DNA from: Eledone cirrhosa
Taxonomy: Eukaryota
Direction: 5' to 3'
DNA length: 64,000 nt
Assembly: GCA_964016885.1 (NCBI GenBank)
Contig: OZ024740.1
Span: 177,196,001-177,260,000 of the forward strand
The notes beneath the pieces are model-generated. The model was not told where the DNA came from, searched no databases, and saw only the letters and a program-made list of their open reading frames with translations. Below are positions 13,570-27,046 of the stretch, in pieces (position 1 is the first letter of the stretch; every line of letters starts with the position of its first letter). The translations under genes were made by a program, and so were the position numbers.

Positions 13570-13938
13570 ACACTCACTTTAATGAGATCGCACGGAAAAA
13601 CCTTGCTCCGCAGTTATACGGCTACCGGGTTTAAATGCATCGGTACGGTTTAACTTATTCTATTTTCTCCTCGGTTACTCACTTGCATATGCCATTGTCC
13701 TGTGTTCCCCCTTCTATTCGGTTTGTTTCCTTCGTTTATTCCTATTTTCCTTTTTTTAATTCTTCCTCTCTCTTCGCTATCATTTCTTTCCCTAATGGCC
13801 TTTTGATGGATAAAAGGCCTCGTGTGCGCTGCCGATCAATGTCCTGTTTTAAGCGCCGAAACATCTATGATCCGCAGTAAACAGCTGAAGAAGGGCTACT
13901 TTTCTTCTCTTGTTTACGTCCTCATTACCATCTTACAC
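13089..13938 (+). mobile_element. ORF-less CT-rich element with 88-bp terminal direct repeats (period 762) ending in (TA)n
   Basis: 13089-13177 is repeated at 13851-13938; same partial-tandem layout as the HHR monomers; strand assumed from the (TA)n end. Confidence 0.65.
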
Positions 13939-13981
13939 TATATATATATATATATATATACACATAATTATATACTACTAG

Positions 13982-14025
<44 letters not shown>

Positions 14026-14307
14026 AAGCTCTTTGATTATGAGCTTCTCTGTAATTTAATACAGCAAAAACGGCGCATAATGGGAAAATACTTTGAAAGG
14101 AAGTTGCCCCAGAAATGGCAAAACAAATGCATTAAAACAAGTGTCGCGTAAATCGGAGCACTGGTTCCCGAATACAGGGTTTTCCGGGTACCTTCATAAA
14201 TATATATATAGAGAAAGAGATAGTGGCTGTGAGAGAGTAGATTGAAAGAGAGACGTAGAGAGAAAGAAAAGGTTACAGAGAAGGAGAATAGAAGAGAGGG
14301 AGAGAGA

Positions 14308-14389
<82 letters not shown>

Positions 14390-14608
14390 TGGTGGTGTTG
14401 TTGAATGAAATTATTACAGGTAACTTTAAAGAATCGAATATAGCATTACTATATCTAGCTCTAATTCGGTGGCTGAATATTCAGTCATACGTATCATATA
14501 ACTTGTGTTAGGACAGGATGTGTGTCGCGAATATTTCCTACTGAACAATAATGGTTTCTAAGTGTGTGTGTATGTGTGTGTGACCTGTGTATATAGGTCA
14601 CAGTCATC

Positions 14609-14710
<102 letters not shown>

Positions 14711-15205
14711 CATACTCATACACACACACATATATATACACACACACACATATACATATGGACTTTCCAATTTTATTTTACATTATATACATATCAGTGC
14801 ATATTTTGATTATTTAAAAATTATTTTTAAGTGAACATGATTTTAAAAAATATTTCTAAGTGAACATGACCCACCGAGTCATGGATGGCCTAGTATATAT
14901 ATATATATTTTTTTTTTTATCTAGGCCACCCATGTTATATATACAGATATGTGCATATATGTATGTATGTATATTTTTATATGTATATATATATGTGTGT
15001 GTATGTGTGTATTTCCTTTTCTCACTAGTCAGTTCTTTCGTTGCTACAGATCACGCGGCTAAATTAGCAGTCGCTATTTTTTATTTGCAAAGCCCTTTAA
15101 ACTGTATGTTATTATTCTGAGGTCTATTCCTTGTCGAGTGTTTGGCTCCACTACTGAAAGCATTCGTTGGCTTAGCTGCTGATCGAACTTCGATTATGCT
15201 GTACT

Positions 15206-15246
<41 letters not shown>

Positions 15247-15252
<6 letters not shown>

Positions 15253-15827
15253 TGAAACAAAACGAAAACGAAACTTCACCTCTCACTCCTAGTATGGCAC
15301 TTACTTAAATGTAAGTATGCATGTATACGTACATACATATATGTATACAGACGTACAGTAGCATGCACATATATATATATACATATACATATGCATACAG
15401 GTACACATACATATATGCACGTATCAGTTTAGCGGCGCTTATTATAACGTCGCTTTGTTCGTTTGTAAACAAACTGAACAGCCTGAATTTATGCCATACG
15501 GTGTTAAGGCAACCACGTCACCTTTTTGTTCAACACTGACACAGGAACGATGTACTAGTTTCAAGCTTGTTAGCTATCATCAGCACCGTTTACCCATCTG
15601 CCAGATAGTTGAACGTTCGAAAGTATATACTTTCCTTATGAAAATTAACGGCTGAGCAGCCTAATTTGCATATTGAGTGAGTTAAATCGGTCAGGCATAC
15701 CGAAAACGATAAATTGAAACAAAACGAAAACGAAACTTCACCTCTCACTCCTAGTATGGCACTTACTTAAATGTAAGTATGCATGTATACGTACATACAT
15801 ATATGTATACAGACGTACAGTAGCATG

Positions 15828-15861
<34 letters not shown>

Positions 15862-16368
15862 CATATGCATACAGGTACACATACATATATGCACGTATCA
15901 GTTTAGCGGCGCTTATTGTAACGTCGCTTTGTTCGTTTGTAAACAAACTGAATAGCCTGAATTTATGCCATACGGTGTTAAGGCAACCACGTCACCTTTT
16001 TGTTCAACACTGACCGGTATGCCTGACCGATTTAACTCACTCAATATGCAAATTAGGCTGCTCAGCCGATTTAACTCACTCAATATGCAAATTAGGCTGC
16101 TCAGCCGTTAATTTTCATAAGGAAAGTATATACTTTCGAACGTTCAACTATCTGGCAGATGAGTAAACGGTGCTGATGATAGCTAACAAGCTTGAAACTA
16201 GTACATCGTTCCTGTGTCAGTGTTGAACAAAAAGGTGACGTGGTTGCTTTAACACCGTATGGCATAAATTCAGGCTGTTCAGTTTGTTTACAAACGAACA
16301 AAGCGACGTTATAATAAGCGCCGCTAAACTGATACATGCATATATGTATGTGTACCTGTATGCATATG

Positions 16369-16401
<33 letters not shown>

Positions 16402-16914
16402 GTGCATGCTACTGTACGTCTGTATACATATATGTATGTACGTATACATGCATACTTACATTTAAGTAAGTGCCATACTAGGAGTGAGAGGTGAAGTTTC
16501 GTTTTGTTTCAATTTATCGTTTTCGGTATGCCTGACCGATTTAACTCACTCAATATGCAAATTAGGCTGCTCAGCCGTTAATTTTCATAAGGAAAGTATA
16601 TACTTTCGAACGTTCAACTATCTGGCAGATGGGTAAACGGTGCTGATGATAGCTAACAAGCTTGAAACTAGTACATCGTTCCTGTGTCAATGTTGAACAA
16701 AAAGGTGACGTGGTTGCCTTAACACCGTATGGCATAAATTCAGGCTGTTCAGTTTGTTTAGAAACGAACAAAGCGACGTTATAATAAGCGCCGCTAAACT
16801 GATACGTGCATATATGTATGTGTACCTGTATGCATATGTATATGTATATATATATATATATGTGCATGCTACTGTACGTCTGTATACATATATGTATGTA
16901 CGTATACATGCATA

Positions 16915-16918
<4 letters not shown>
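15247..16918. mobile_element. Retrozyme-like 462-470-nt tandem monomers in a head-to-head array
   Basis: Units start at 15247 and 15709; inversion at 16014/16015; opposite-strand units with period 470; one minimal HHR per complete unit; (TA)n on both sides. Confidence 0.9.
16166..16210 (+). ncRNA. Minimal type I hammerhead ribozyme (identical copies 16636-16680 + and 15546-15590 -)
   Basis: AACGGTG CTGATGA T AGCT-AACA-AGCT T GAAA CTAG TA CATCGTT; palindromic stem III ACTAGT. Confidence 0.92.
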
Positions 16919-17011
<93 letters not shown>

Positions 17012-17012
<1 letters not shown>

Positions 17013-17691
17013 ATACAAAATGTTGAGAAGGTAACACACTAGAGAGATACAGTGCGCCATCAATAAAACAGGGAAAAACCACCAGTGTATGGAATCTATA
17101 ACCTTATGAAAGGCAGGGTAGACACGCGATAATTAAAAATATAAATTAAAGTGTATATACAAACCTCTATAACGATATAACACACGTACAAATCCAAAGA
17201 GATCGGTTTCGCCAATAATTTGACAGAAATAAATAGCCCATGGTTCATCAGCGTGTGTAAGGCTATACATTTCAGACAACTCTAAGAGAATATAAAGCGC
17301 GTGTTTAGGGCAGGGAACCAGTGGTGTCTGAGGGACGAACTGCTAGAAAGGGCAGACCAAAACCACTCAGTGAAGTGTGCTCAACCAAACAGAGAGAGAG
17401 GAGCGAAATACCACGATAGATTAACGGAGCCATAGACGTTCGCTATTCCATGTCAATAATGTGCTCAAAGGAGAAGGAATCCTGAGCTCTTTAAAATACA
17501 ATATGTTGAGAAGGTAACACACTAGAGAGAGATAGTGCGCCATCAATAAAACATTTATTGATGGCGCACTATCTCTCTCTAGTGTGTTACCTTCTCAACA
17601 TATTGTATTTTAAAGAGCTCAGGATTCCTTCTCCTTTGAGCACATTATTGACAGGGAATAGCGAACGCCTATGGCTCCGTTAATCTATCGT
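17012..17691. mobile_element. ORF-less 483-nt HHR monomer with fold-back
   Basis: Direct repeat at 17012 and 17495 (period 483); 138-bp inverted arms 17413-17550 and 17554-17691; (TA)n flanks. Confidence 0.85.
17180..17258 (-). ncRNA. Type I hammerhead ribozyme
   Basis: Stem I ACACACG/CGTGTGT, CTGATGA, stem II CCA/TGG, GAAAC...GTA. Confidence 0.8.
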
Positions 17692-17746
17692 TATATATAT
17701 ATATAAACAATTTTAAAATCCAATGTCAATAAATACACCAGGATTT

Positions 17747-17807
17747 TTTCGTTCTGATGATTGAAAGCAAAATTTGTTTGCTTTCAAGAAACAACTGGTA
17801 AATGAAA
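17747..17807 (+). ncRNA. Type I hammerhead ribozyme in a ~200-bp (TA)n-bounded element
   Basis: TTTCGTT CTGATGA, 11-bp stem II TTGAAAGCAAA/TTTGCTTTCAA, GAAA CAACTG GTA AATGAAA. Confidence 0.85.
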
Positions 17808-17899
17808 TAATTGCCTTATGTTGTTTATTACATAACTATTAAGCTCTGTAACCTACATAGAGCACTCTTATTTCCTGGACCTTTCCGACGGAATTACTT

Positions 17900-18747
<848 letters not shown>

Positions 18748-18771
18748 TATATATATATATTTATATTTATA

Positions 18772-21700
18772 CTAGCAAATGCCCCCCGTCCATTGGACAT
18801 TGTTAGTTCTTGGTAGGACTGCAGTCTTAATGGGGAAATTCCTTCTTGTCGATGTTTAACATGGAGGATAATTTTACGTGATCAAAATCTTTCAATCAAC
18901 AATGAGACGGTATTCAAAAAGAGCATGTTTTATTTACAGATATCTGTCATTAAAATGTGAAAATAGAGAAATATCGAAAATAGAAAATAGAGAAAAATGT
19001 GAAAATAGATAAAAATGAAAATATCGTTTGGAATATCGTTTAATTGACTGAATGGCTGAAGAATCGGTACAAAAAGCATAGACGACAGTTCGGTTGACAT
19101 GAAGGCAATCTGTAAGAAACTACATGTGTAATTGAATTATGAAATAACCTGGGGCATGTGGAAAGCTGTCCATTGAAATGAAAAAACGGTTGATTTCATC
19201 GATGGCCATTTGTTGGAAGAGTAACATTACCTATTGTGAAAAGTAAGTAATCGCAATAAGGACCAACCTGAAAGGGCTTTCAACTCCACGGAAAAACTAT
19301 TGGAGGGCTGCCTTGTAAACAACATTTTTTGTCAATCTTCCGGGAGCGTAGTAAAAGAGATTGCCCGAGTTTCCAACTCTTGAACATCCCACAGTTGTCC
19401 GTGTGAAAAGCATGGAGTACTGAGGTCCAGCCCAACCACTTTTAGTGACTACCCCTGGGCTTTGTTAATGGTCATTGCAAAACTTAATCGAATGGGGAAT
19501 TGGACTCTTTTCATCGGAAAGACACAGTCAGTTGGAATAAATGGAACTCGGGAAATAGAAATAGAGTCGCCAGCGCCCTTTCCGGTAATGATTGTAGCTT
19601 CGAGAACGTCATCCAACATTTGCGTTATAACCAAGCGTGTGCCATTGCAAAGCCGAGGAAGTTCCAAGTTTCTCAAGAGTATGATGGGCCTTCCAAGTCT
19701 TAGGCAGAGTTTATGCGGTGGCATTCCCGATGGCTCTTGTGAGTTTAAAAACTCTGTTGGATAAAACGTTACTTGCGTCGGATCCGTAATTGAATCAATC
19801 GAAGCATAACATCGCTCTTGGGAAGTAAGTTGACGAAGCAGACATGTGTTAGGAGCTAAGATGGCCCTTTCACACATCCATTGATGACTGACGTAATTTG
19901 TTGAGAGGTCGGGGTAAACTCTTGTGCAAATGTCCCCAGGTCTGGAGACGTAGTTACCGATGGTACCGAGGAAGTTCCAAGTTTCTCAAGAGTATGATGG
20001 GCCTTCCAAGTCTTAGGCAGAGTTTATGCGGTGGCATTCCCGATGGCTCTTGTGAGTTTAAAAACTCTGTTGGATAAAACGTTACTTGCGTCGGATCCGT
20101 AATTGAATCAATCGAAGCATAACATCGCTCTTGGGAAGTAAGTTGACGAAGCAGACATGTGTTAGGAGCTAAGATGGCCCTTTCACACATCCATTGATGA
20201 CTGACGTAATTTGTTGAGAGGTCGGGGTAAACTCTTGTGCAAATGTCCCCAGGTCTGGAGACGTAGTTACCGATGGTACTTATGTCAACCAAACCGTTTA
20301 CGTCGATTGGTAAGTTCCCATTACCAACATCCAATAATTTTAAGCAAAGTAATTGTCACCGTCTTGTTGGTGGAGAATCTATCACATATTGATGGTTAAC
20401 TTTCTCGACTGGACGAAGCGCCAAAGATGAGAATGTTTAATGCAAGCATCTATTTCATCAACTGGTTGGCTTTTGGGACAATGGGAAGTGTTTGACGAAA
20501 ATCCCCAGCAAGAAGCAGAACGACTCCACCGAACGGTTTAGAGTTGGAGTGCAGGTCTTGTAGCGTTGTATTGATTGCATCAAGTGCTCTTGTGGGACAT
20601 TCTTGCCTCGACCCAGACAATCAATTTGCATATTTGAAAGACAGCAGCCTCATCAGAATTCTTCTTTATATTGGTGGTTGGATTTTCAACATGACCGATG
20701 TTAAGGGGAAACTTAAATTTTGAATGGACTGTTCTGCCGCCGTCTAGTAGTGTTGCTGGTATTCCTGAAGGCGCTATTGCAATGGCAATCTGTCCACGTT
20801 GGCGAACTTTGGCAAGAAAGAGGTTGAGGGTAAATGTCTTTCCTGTGTCATCTGGCGCATCAAGGAAGTGGCTGCCACCGTTGGTGTCTTCAAGCATGGT
20901 CAAAACAAAAGTATAGACATCAGCTTGTTCAAGATTCAAAAGATTTTCTCTTTCTTGAACGTAGGACAGAAGCAGCACCGTAGCATGTCTCCCTTAGTAG
21001 GGGGCGGTTACAAACAGCCTAATTTTCTTCAAGGGACGGTCACCCATTTACAAAAGTATATCTTCTAGAAATATGAGACCGCAGTTGTATATTTCAGGTG
21101 TAAACTGTAAATTCATGTGTGGACGCGAAGCGAGATTGCATTAGAATGTCCAAGCACATGCTGTCGCGTTATTTCTCCCAGAAAGACTGTGGATTCCCAA
21201 GACTGCAGTACACCAGCATAACAGCGAAAAGCTTACGAAGAGCAATTTGTGACTGCAACATTGATGCTTCATGGAGGGCGGGGTCATAGTGATCATTGTC
21301 GAGAAGACCTAATTTGGAGCAGGCCTCTTTAAATGTTGAACAAATATGGCCATTGATGGTACGAAGGTCTTCAAAGGAAGTTGGAGCTTTGACAACGTGC
21401 AATAGAAGACGCAGGTGAAAGCATTCTGAATTGAGCAGGTGAACTGTATACACTTTTGAGAGGGCATCAGTCTCACGCATCGAAGCATCCCTTTGTGAAA
21501 TGCATCCTCGCTTTCTTCTTTGCCAACAGCGGGAAGATTTATTTCACGTATAGAATGTAGACAACTCCGCATAAAGAAGTGTTCTGGCAAGAGAGTCAGA
21601 AGTACAAAGTTCAAAGAATCCGGTAAGGGTCGTTCTTCGAGGTTGTCTTGCACAGTCAAGCATATTTTCTTGGTTAAAATACACCCGTTGACCATTCTCC

Positions 21701-24615
21701 AAATGAACGCTGGGGTGAATAACTGCAGGTTCACGTTCATGGATCGGAAAACCGAATATGCGCCAAAATGCCTCGTTAGAAGAGATGTAGCGTCCAGTTT
21801 GGAAAAACGTGACTTCATCTGTGGCGGTATCAGCGTTATCGGTCTTAGCCAACTCAATAACTGCTCGATCGGCACCCTTATTAACATACTTGCATATGTA
21901 TTGGATTGATTTTACGGAGTTGCAGAATTCAACATTAATGTGGGCTGAAAACATTTTACAAAGCACCTTGTTATGTGGTACAACCCATCGGTTGTCGATA
22001 TTGAAATCTTGACCACCAACCATTGTTAGAGTGGCCGTATTTCCACTCCTGTGGTGTCCTGCGACGGTATAAAGGGTAGCCATCATCACCAGTTTTGATT
22101 TCATGGATAAGTTTACGTGGGTAACGCTTTGTACATTTCCCATTATCCATGCAGATTTTGGATTTAGGTGGCCTCACGGTCCATGGATCATGTTGGCTTT
22201 TATAATTTGAAAAAAGACAGGGTCGTCTTGTGGATTTGACAATTCAGCACTTATAATGGAATCAACACCAGTTGACATGAGCTTTTTTTTAAGCCAAAGG
22301 ATAATATGGGCATGTGGGTGTCCTCTCTTCTGCCATTCTACGGTGTACATGAAACACCTTACTGGCCAAAACGTTGTCCGTATTTTATAACATCCATCAT
22401 TTTCATAAGTTTTAGGTGAAACACTTTAGATGTGATATCATGCCTGTGTGAAGGATTTTGGCCACGAAGTAAGTGAGACTGGATGTCAAACTACTTTGGA
22501 TTGCATGTGAAAGTGATGAAAAGATCAGGACGGCCACAATGGCGGACATAGGTCAGAGCATCCTGCATTTTTTCATGCATGTAACGGGGCCTCCAGTGTA
22601 TGACGATGGGAGAATGACAGAACGCCCAACACTCGAAGCAATAACCTGATCATTTCGGTTAAATTCGTCACGTAGATGGCCGTATTCTTCTGAACGCAGT
22701 TCCGTTTGATGGTGTCTTGTCCATTGGAGGCGTTCAGTGTCAATCTGGAAAAGGAAGAAATTGTTGTTGTAAATATTGAGTGAGCTAGCTAAGGAAATTT
22801 TCTGAACGAAATCATAAAATAAGAAATAGTTACCTTAGCAAATACGTCTACACAGTATTGATTGAGGAGCATCCGTGTTCTATGCAGAATGTTGATGTCG
22901 TTTTTGCGAACTATAAGCCTAAATACATAAAATTCCATTTGTGAAATGGTTTTCCGTGGTTGAAGATGCATTAAAGTTACCGGATTACACTTTGGCAAGT
23001 CAATGCGGTAGTCATCATCGCCAAAGGGGAACAGTAATGGATATTGGAGGGCATCATATGCAGGATGAAGTTCATTTATTTTTTGAAGACGCGAGTCTTG
23101 CCATTCAAGAACAATATCACGGTTTGAAGCACTCCTATTAGGACTTGTTATAAGCACCGTAACTTCATCGGTTTGGGGTCTGTTAAAGCAACCCTGATGC
23201 TGCCCTGGCGGAGCGTGGTCACCTCGAATGACAACCTTGAATTGATTGGTGTTAGCATCTCTACGCTGAAAAGCAGTTTTGAAAATGGTGACGTATGAGT
23301 TTATGGTATGAAGCATATATTGAAGGGGCTGCAACTGAAGCTCCTCGTGCAGTTTCTTCAGGTCTGTTGCCTATAAAGTAAATCTGGAGAAAACTATGTT
23401 CATCGCCATCTTGTGGAATAAGGGAGCCAATTTGATGGTAAATTTGGTCTTGCACTTTGATTGTGGGCATATACTTTCCATGTTTCATTGGTGTATTACC
23501 AAAGCTTGTCATTTGGAAAGCCGAATTGTAGGCTCTTATATTTCTAAGAAAGTGTTTAGAATCAGGGTGGTCTCCAAGCAGCAGAGAATTCAAATGTTAG
23601 GCACCGACTTGTAAATGAGGCAATCTAACCGTTCCATTGGAGTAGCATATACCGCTAGATTCTGCTGGCCACCTCATTGCGTTACAATAGACGCAAACAG
23701 TTGACATGCTACTAATGATGATATGTGGGTGGGAGGCGTAGTCCTCTTGGAGGCTGTAATGAAAAGACTTCTTAGACCAGTAACAGGAAGAAACCCTCGG
23801 AAAGACATGAGAACGCATTTTCCGATGAGAATCAGCCGCAAGCCTTGTTGCCCTTTGGTCAACAGTCTCTAAAGCACGTCTATTTGAAGTTGAAGCAGCA
23901 TCGCAAGCAAGCCGGAGTTCTGATTGTTCAGCAGTCTGTAATGCTCTGGCCTTCGAAATAGAAGTAGCATTGCTAGCGAGCCGGAGTTCTGCGTGTTCAG
24001 TTGTCTGTAATGCTCTGGCGATCGAAGTAGAAGCAGCATTGCGACCACGCCGTAGCATACATTGTTCTTCTGTCGCGCTTGCGCGCAAAGAACGCAAAGC
24101 AAAAGCATTTCTTGTTTTTCTTCCAATGTGACTCTTGCTTTTTCGAGGCATTCTATGGAAAATCTGTAATTGAATAAATCTGAAACAAATCATTAACTGT
24201 CAACCAGAGATTGATATACTACAGAACCTACTGCAAATGTTCAATGAGCTATAAAGAAAATATCATTACAAACTGACTGATCGCCGAGAAGAAATTGTGT
24301 AACACAATGCTATAAATGTTATGTATATGTCGTTTAAGGAATTGTCGCTTACAGCAACTATATTCCGTAACATCGGCAATCAAATTACTGAGTACAATAC
24401 ATGTCTACCTTGTAGGTTCTAGAAGTATTACAGTTCATCAGTGCTAATTAATAAAAGAGTCTTGTAATAGACAATATACAGCGTCATCTAAAGTGGTTAT
24501 GTTTCTTTTATAAAAACATCTCGCCTCCTCATTTAGCAATGTGTAAAATTTTAAGAGGTCGGGTGAATAATACGCAAGTTATAATACTTTACACACACAT
24601 ACAGAATGGGACTCA
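18772..24615 (-). mobile_element. Decayed autonomous Helitron
   Basis: 3' CTAG|T at 18772 with a GTCCA/TGGAC hairpin just inside; Rep/helicase coding remnants; 5' end approximate, based on homology with 31500-31610. Confidence 0.9.
19297..24151 (-). pseudogene. Helitron Rep-Pif1 helicase, frameshifted
   Basis: HUH motif YTVEWQKRGHPHAHIILW (~22295-22350), KYVNKG, LDAPDDTGKTF, LCNGTRL, RVQFPIRLSFAMTINKAQG; N-terminal 23-aa repeats; one GT-AG intron at 22745-22833. Confidence 0.9.
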
Positions 24616-24803
24616 ATCTCATCCAAAATCTGTAATTGAATGCATCTGAAACAAATCAAATTAAAGAAATTTACCTGGTTGCTGTTCATAGGACTTCTAA
24701 TGAAGATTTTGAATGCAAAGTCCGATAAGGATTAGAAAAATAGCGATATATATATATATATAAATATACCTGTAAACATATGTATGTTATCTATGCATGT
24801 ATG

Positions 24804-24895
<92 letters not shown>

Positions 24896-25513
24896 GTGTT
24901 AAACGATATTGACTGATTATGTCAAAGAATGATTTTTTCAGTAGATTGAAAGCACTCTAAGGACAAAATAATTTTCCAGAGTTATTAATATTAAAATATA
25001 AATATTAATAAAATCGATGTTCTTTTGATCAATTATATTTTATTATACATATTTCAGATGTACGTCCTCATCAGAAAAAATATAATGATCCATGACGTAC
25101 CCTGAGATGCTAAAGGGTTAAGATTTAATCAAGGTAGTGATTAACCTGAGAGAAACTTTTACTTATATAGCCTAATTATGAGAAAATGCGAAAACGTAAT
25201 AAATTCATTAGAGAATGTGTGAGTAAGAAAAAAACGTTGCTTACTGTAACTTCTAAAAAATGTAAAATGTATGATACTACGATATATCTAGGAAAAAGTC
25301 TCATGAATCATAACAGCCAGTGATAGCCACTGGAAAAGGATTTATAAAGAGGGAAAGATAAAGGGTGGGGGTGGGGTGATATATGTAGAAGGAGATTTTT
25401 TCCGAAAGTTAAACGGTTAAATTTGAAAATATTTAATTTATAATATTAGAAAAATAGCGATATATATATATATAAATATACCTGTAAACATATGTATATA
25501 TTTATCTATGCAT

Positions 25514-25553
<40 letters not shown>

Positions 25554-27046
25554 GTGTTAAACGATATTGAATGATTATGTCAAAGAATGATTTTTACAGT
25601 AGATTGAAACACTCCAGATTTCAGGATTATTTGCTGGTTATTTATATATTATTTTTATAAATTCGATAAGTGTGTTATCATTTCTAAACTTCTGAATTTT
25701 ATGAGGGTAACATTTAAAGGATTTAGCTGGCACATACAGGATGAAATATTATACTGTTGATTATGTACCTAAATTTAAACTTTAACAAAAATATCAACAT
25801 ATTAGGTATGTAAAGCTTTTGAAGTACTTATCATTATAAATATTTAAATAACTATTATGTATATAAGGTATATATTAATGAGCCAGTATGTTTAAGGTAA
25901 ATAATAACGACGAAGATAAAAATAAAATAAGATAATAGATTGAAGGTTAAGGATAAATATACACCTATGTATAATTGGGTGTAGATGTACTAATTATTCT
26001 TCAACCAAGATATCAACATATTATTAGATATAGGGAGGTATATATATAGATATATATTAGGTATTAGTAGTGTAGTATACTTTAGGTAAATGATAACAGT
26101 TATAATTTTATAAAGTAGAGTTCAACATGTTACATTTAAATACACACATATATATATAAGAGAAACAATAATGAGTGCATGGATAATTCAGAGTTCAAAT
26201 AAAGTCTATTTTTAGTTTGGATATTTTCTCTATATTTGAATCATATATATAGAAATGTGGTAGGTATATTTTAAAATATTTAAGAATATATAAAATATAA
26301 TATAAAACTACATAAATATTATAATACATTATATTATAAATAAGAGATCAAAAGCGCAGCAAAAATTCACATTTATATATAAGTTTGAATCTGTCCTAAA
26401 TTTTAGATTTTAAAGTGCAGTAAATATATTTAAGAGAAATATATGCATATACTATATTATATTATACTATAAATAAGAGATCAAAAACTCATTAAAAATT
26501 CACAGTTATAGATAAGTTTCATAAAAATTCATGGATTGGGTATTAAACTAAAATTTAAAATAGATAAAAAATGTATTCAAAATTCACAGTTATAAATAAA
26601 TTCCGTGAATATGTAAGGATTAGGTATTATAATAAATTGTAAGCATAGATAGGAAGATAGATAGAGAAATAAAGAAATGATGGTATTTATCAAAGTTAAC
26701 AAAATAATGTTATGTGTATCAATGTTCCGGCATGTTATTGAACAAGTGTCATTCATTCTAGCTTTGTTTCTTCTATAGATAGCTATACAATAGGCCATTA
26801 ATGTTTTTCACTGTTGATTATATATTCCTGGTAACCGAGTTATTATTGGTTTGGTGTTATTGCGTCTTTTTTTCTCGTTTTATGTGAGGCTAAAAAAGTG
26901 GACGTAGCTTTATGGAGGCAACTAGAGAATAATTCACTTTTTTTGTTAATTAGGGTCTCGTAGTTATTAATAATCAACAGGGTCTCCATTGTACAGATAA
27001 CGAATTTTGGACACGCTCAGATAGAGATAGAAACTTTGATATCACT

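Noticed and set aside
15321-17082. Repeated 66-131-aa ORFs (e.g. [15 protein letters not shown]...)
   Set aside because: They repeat only because the non-coding monomer repeats; the frame is not conserved in the diverged copy at 55.9-56.2 kb
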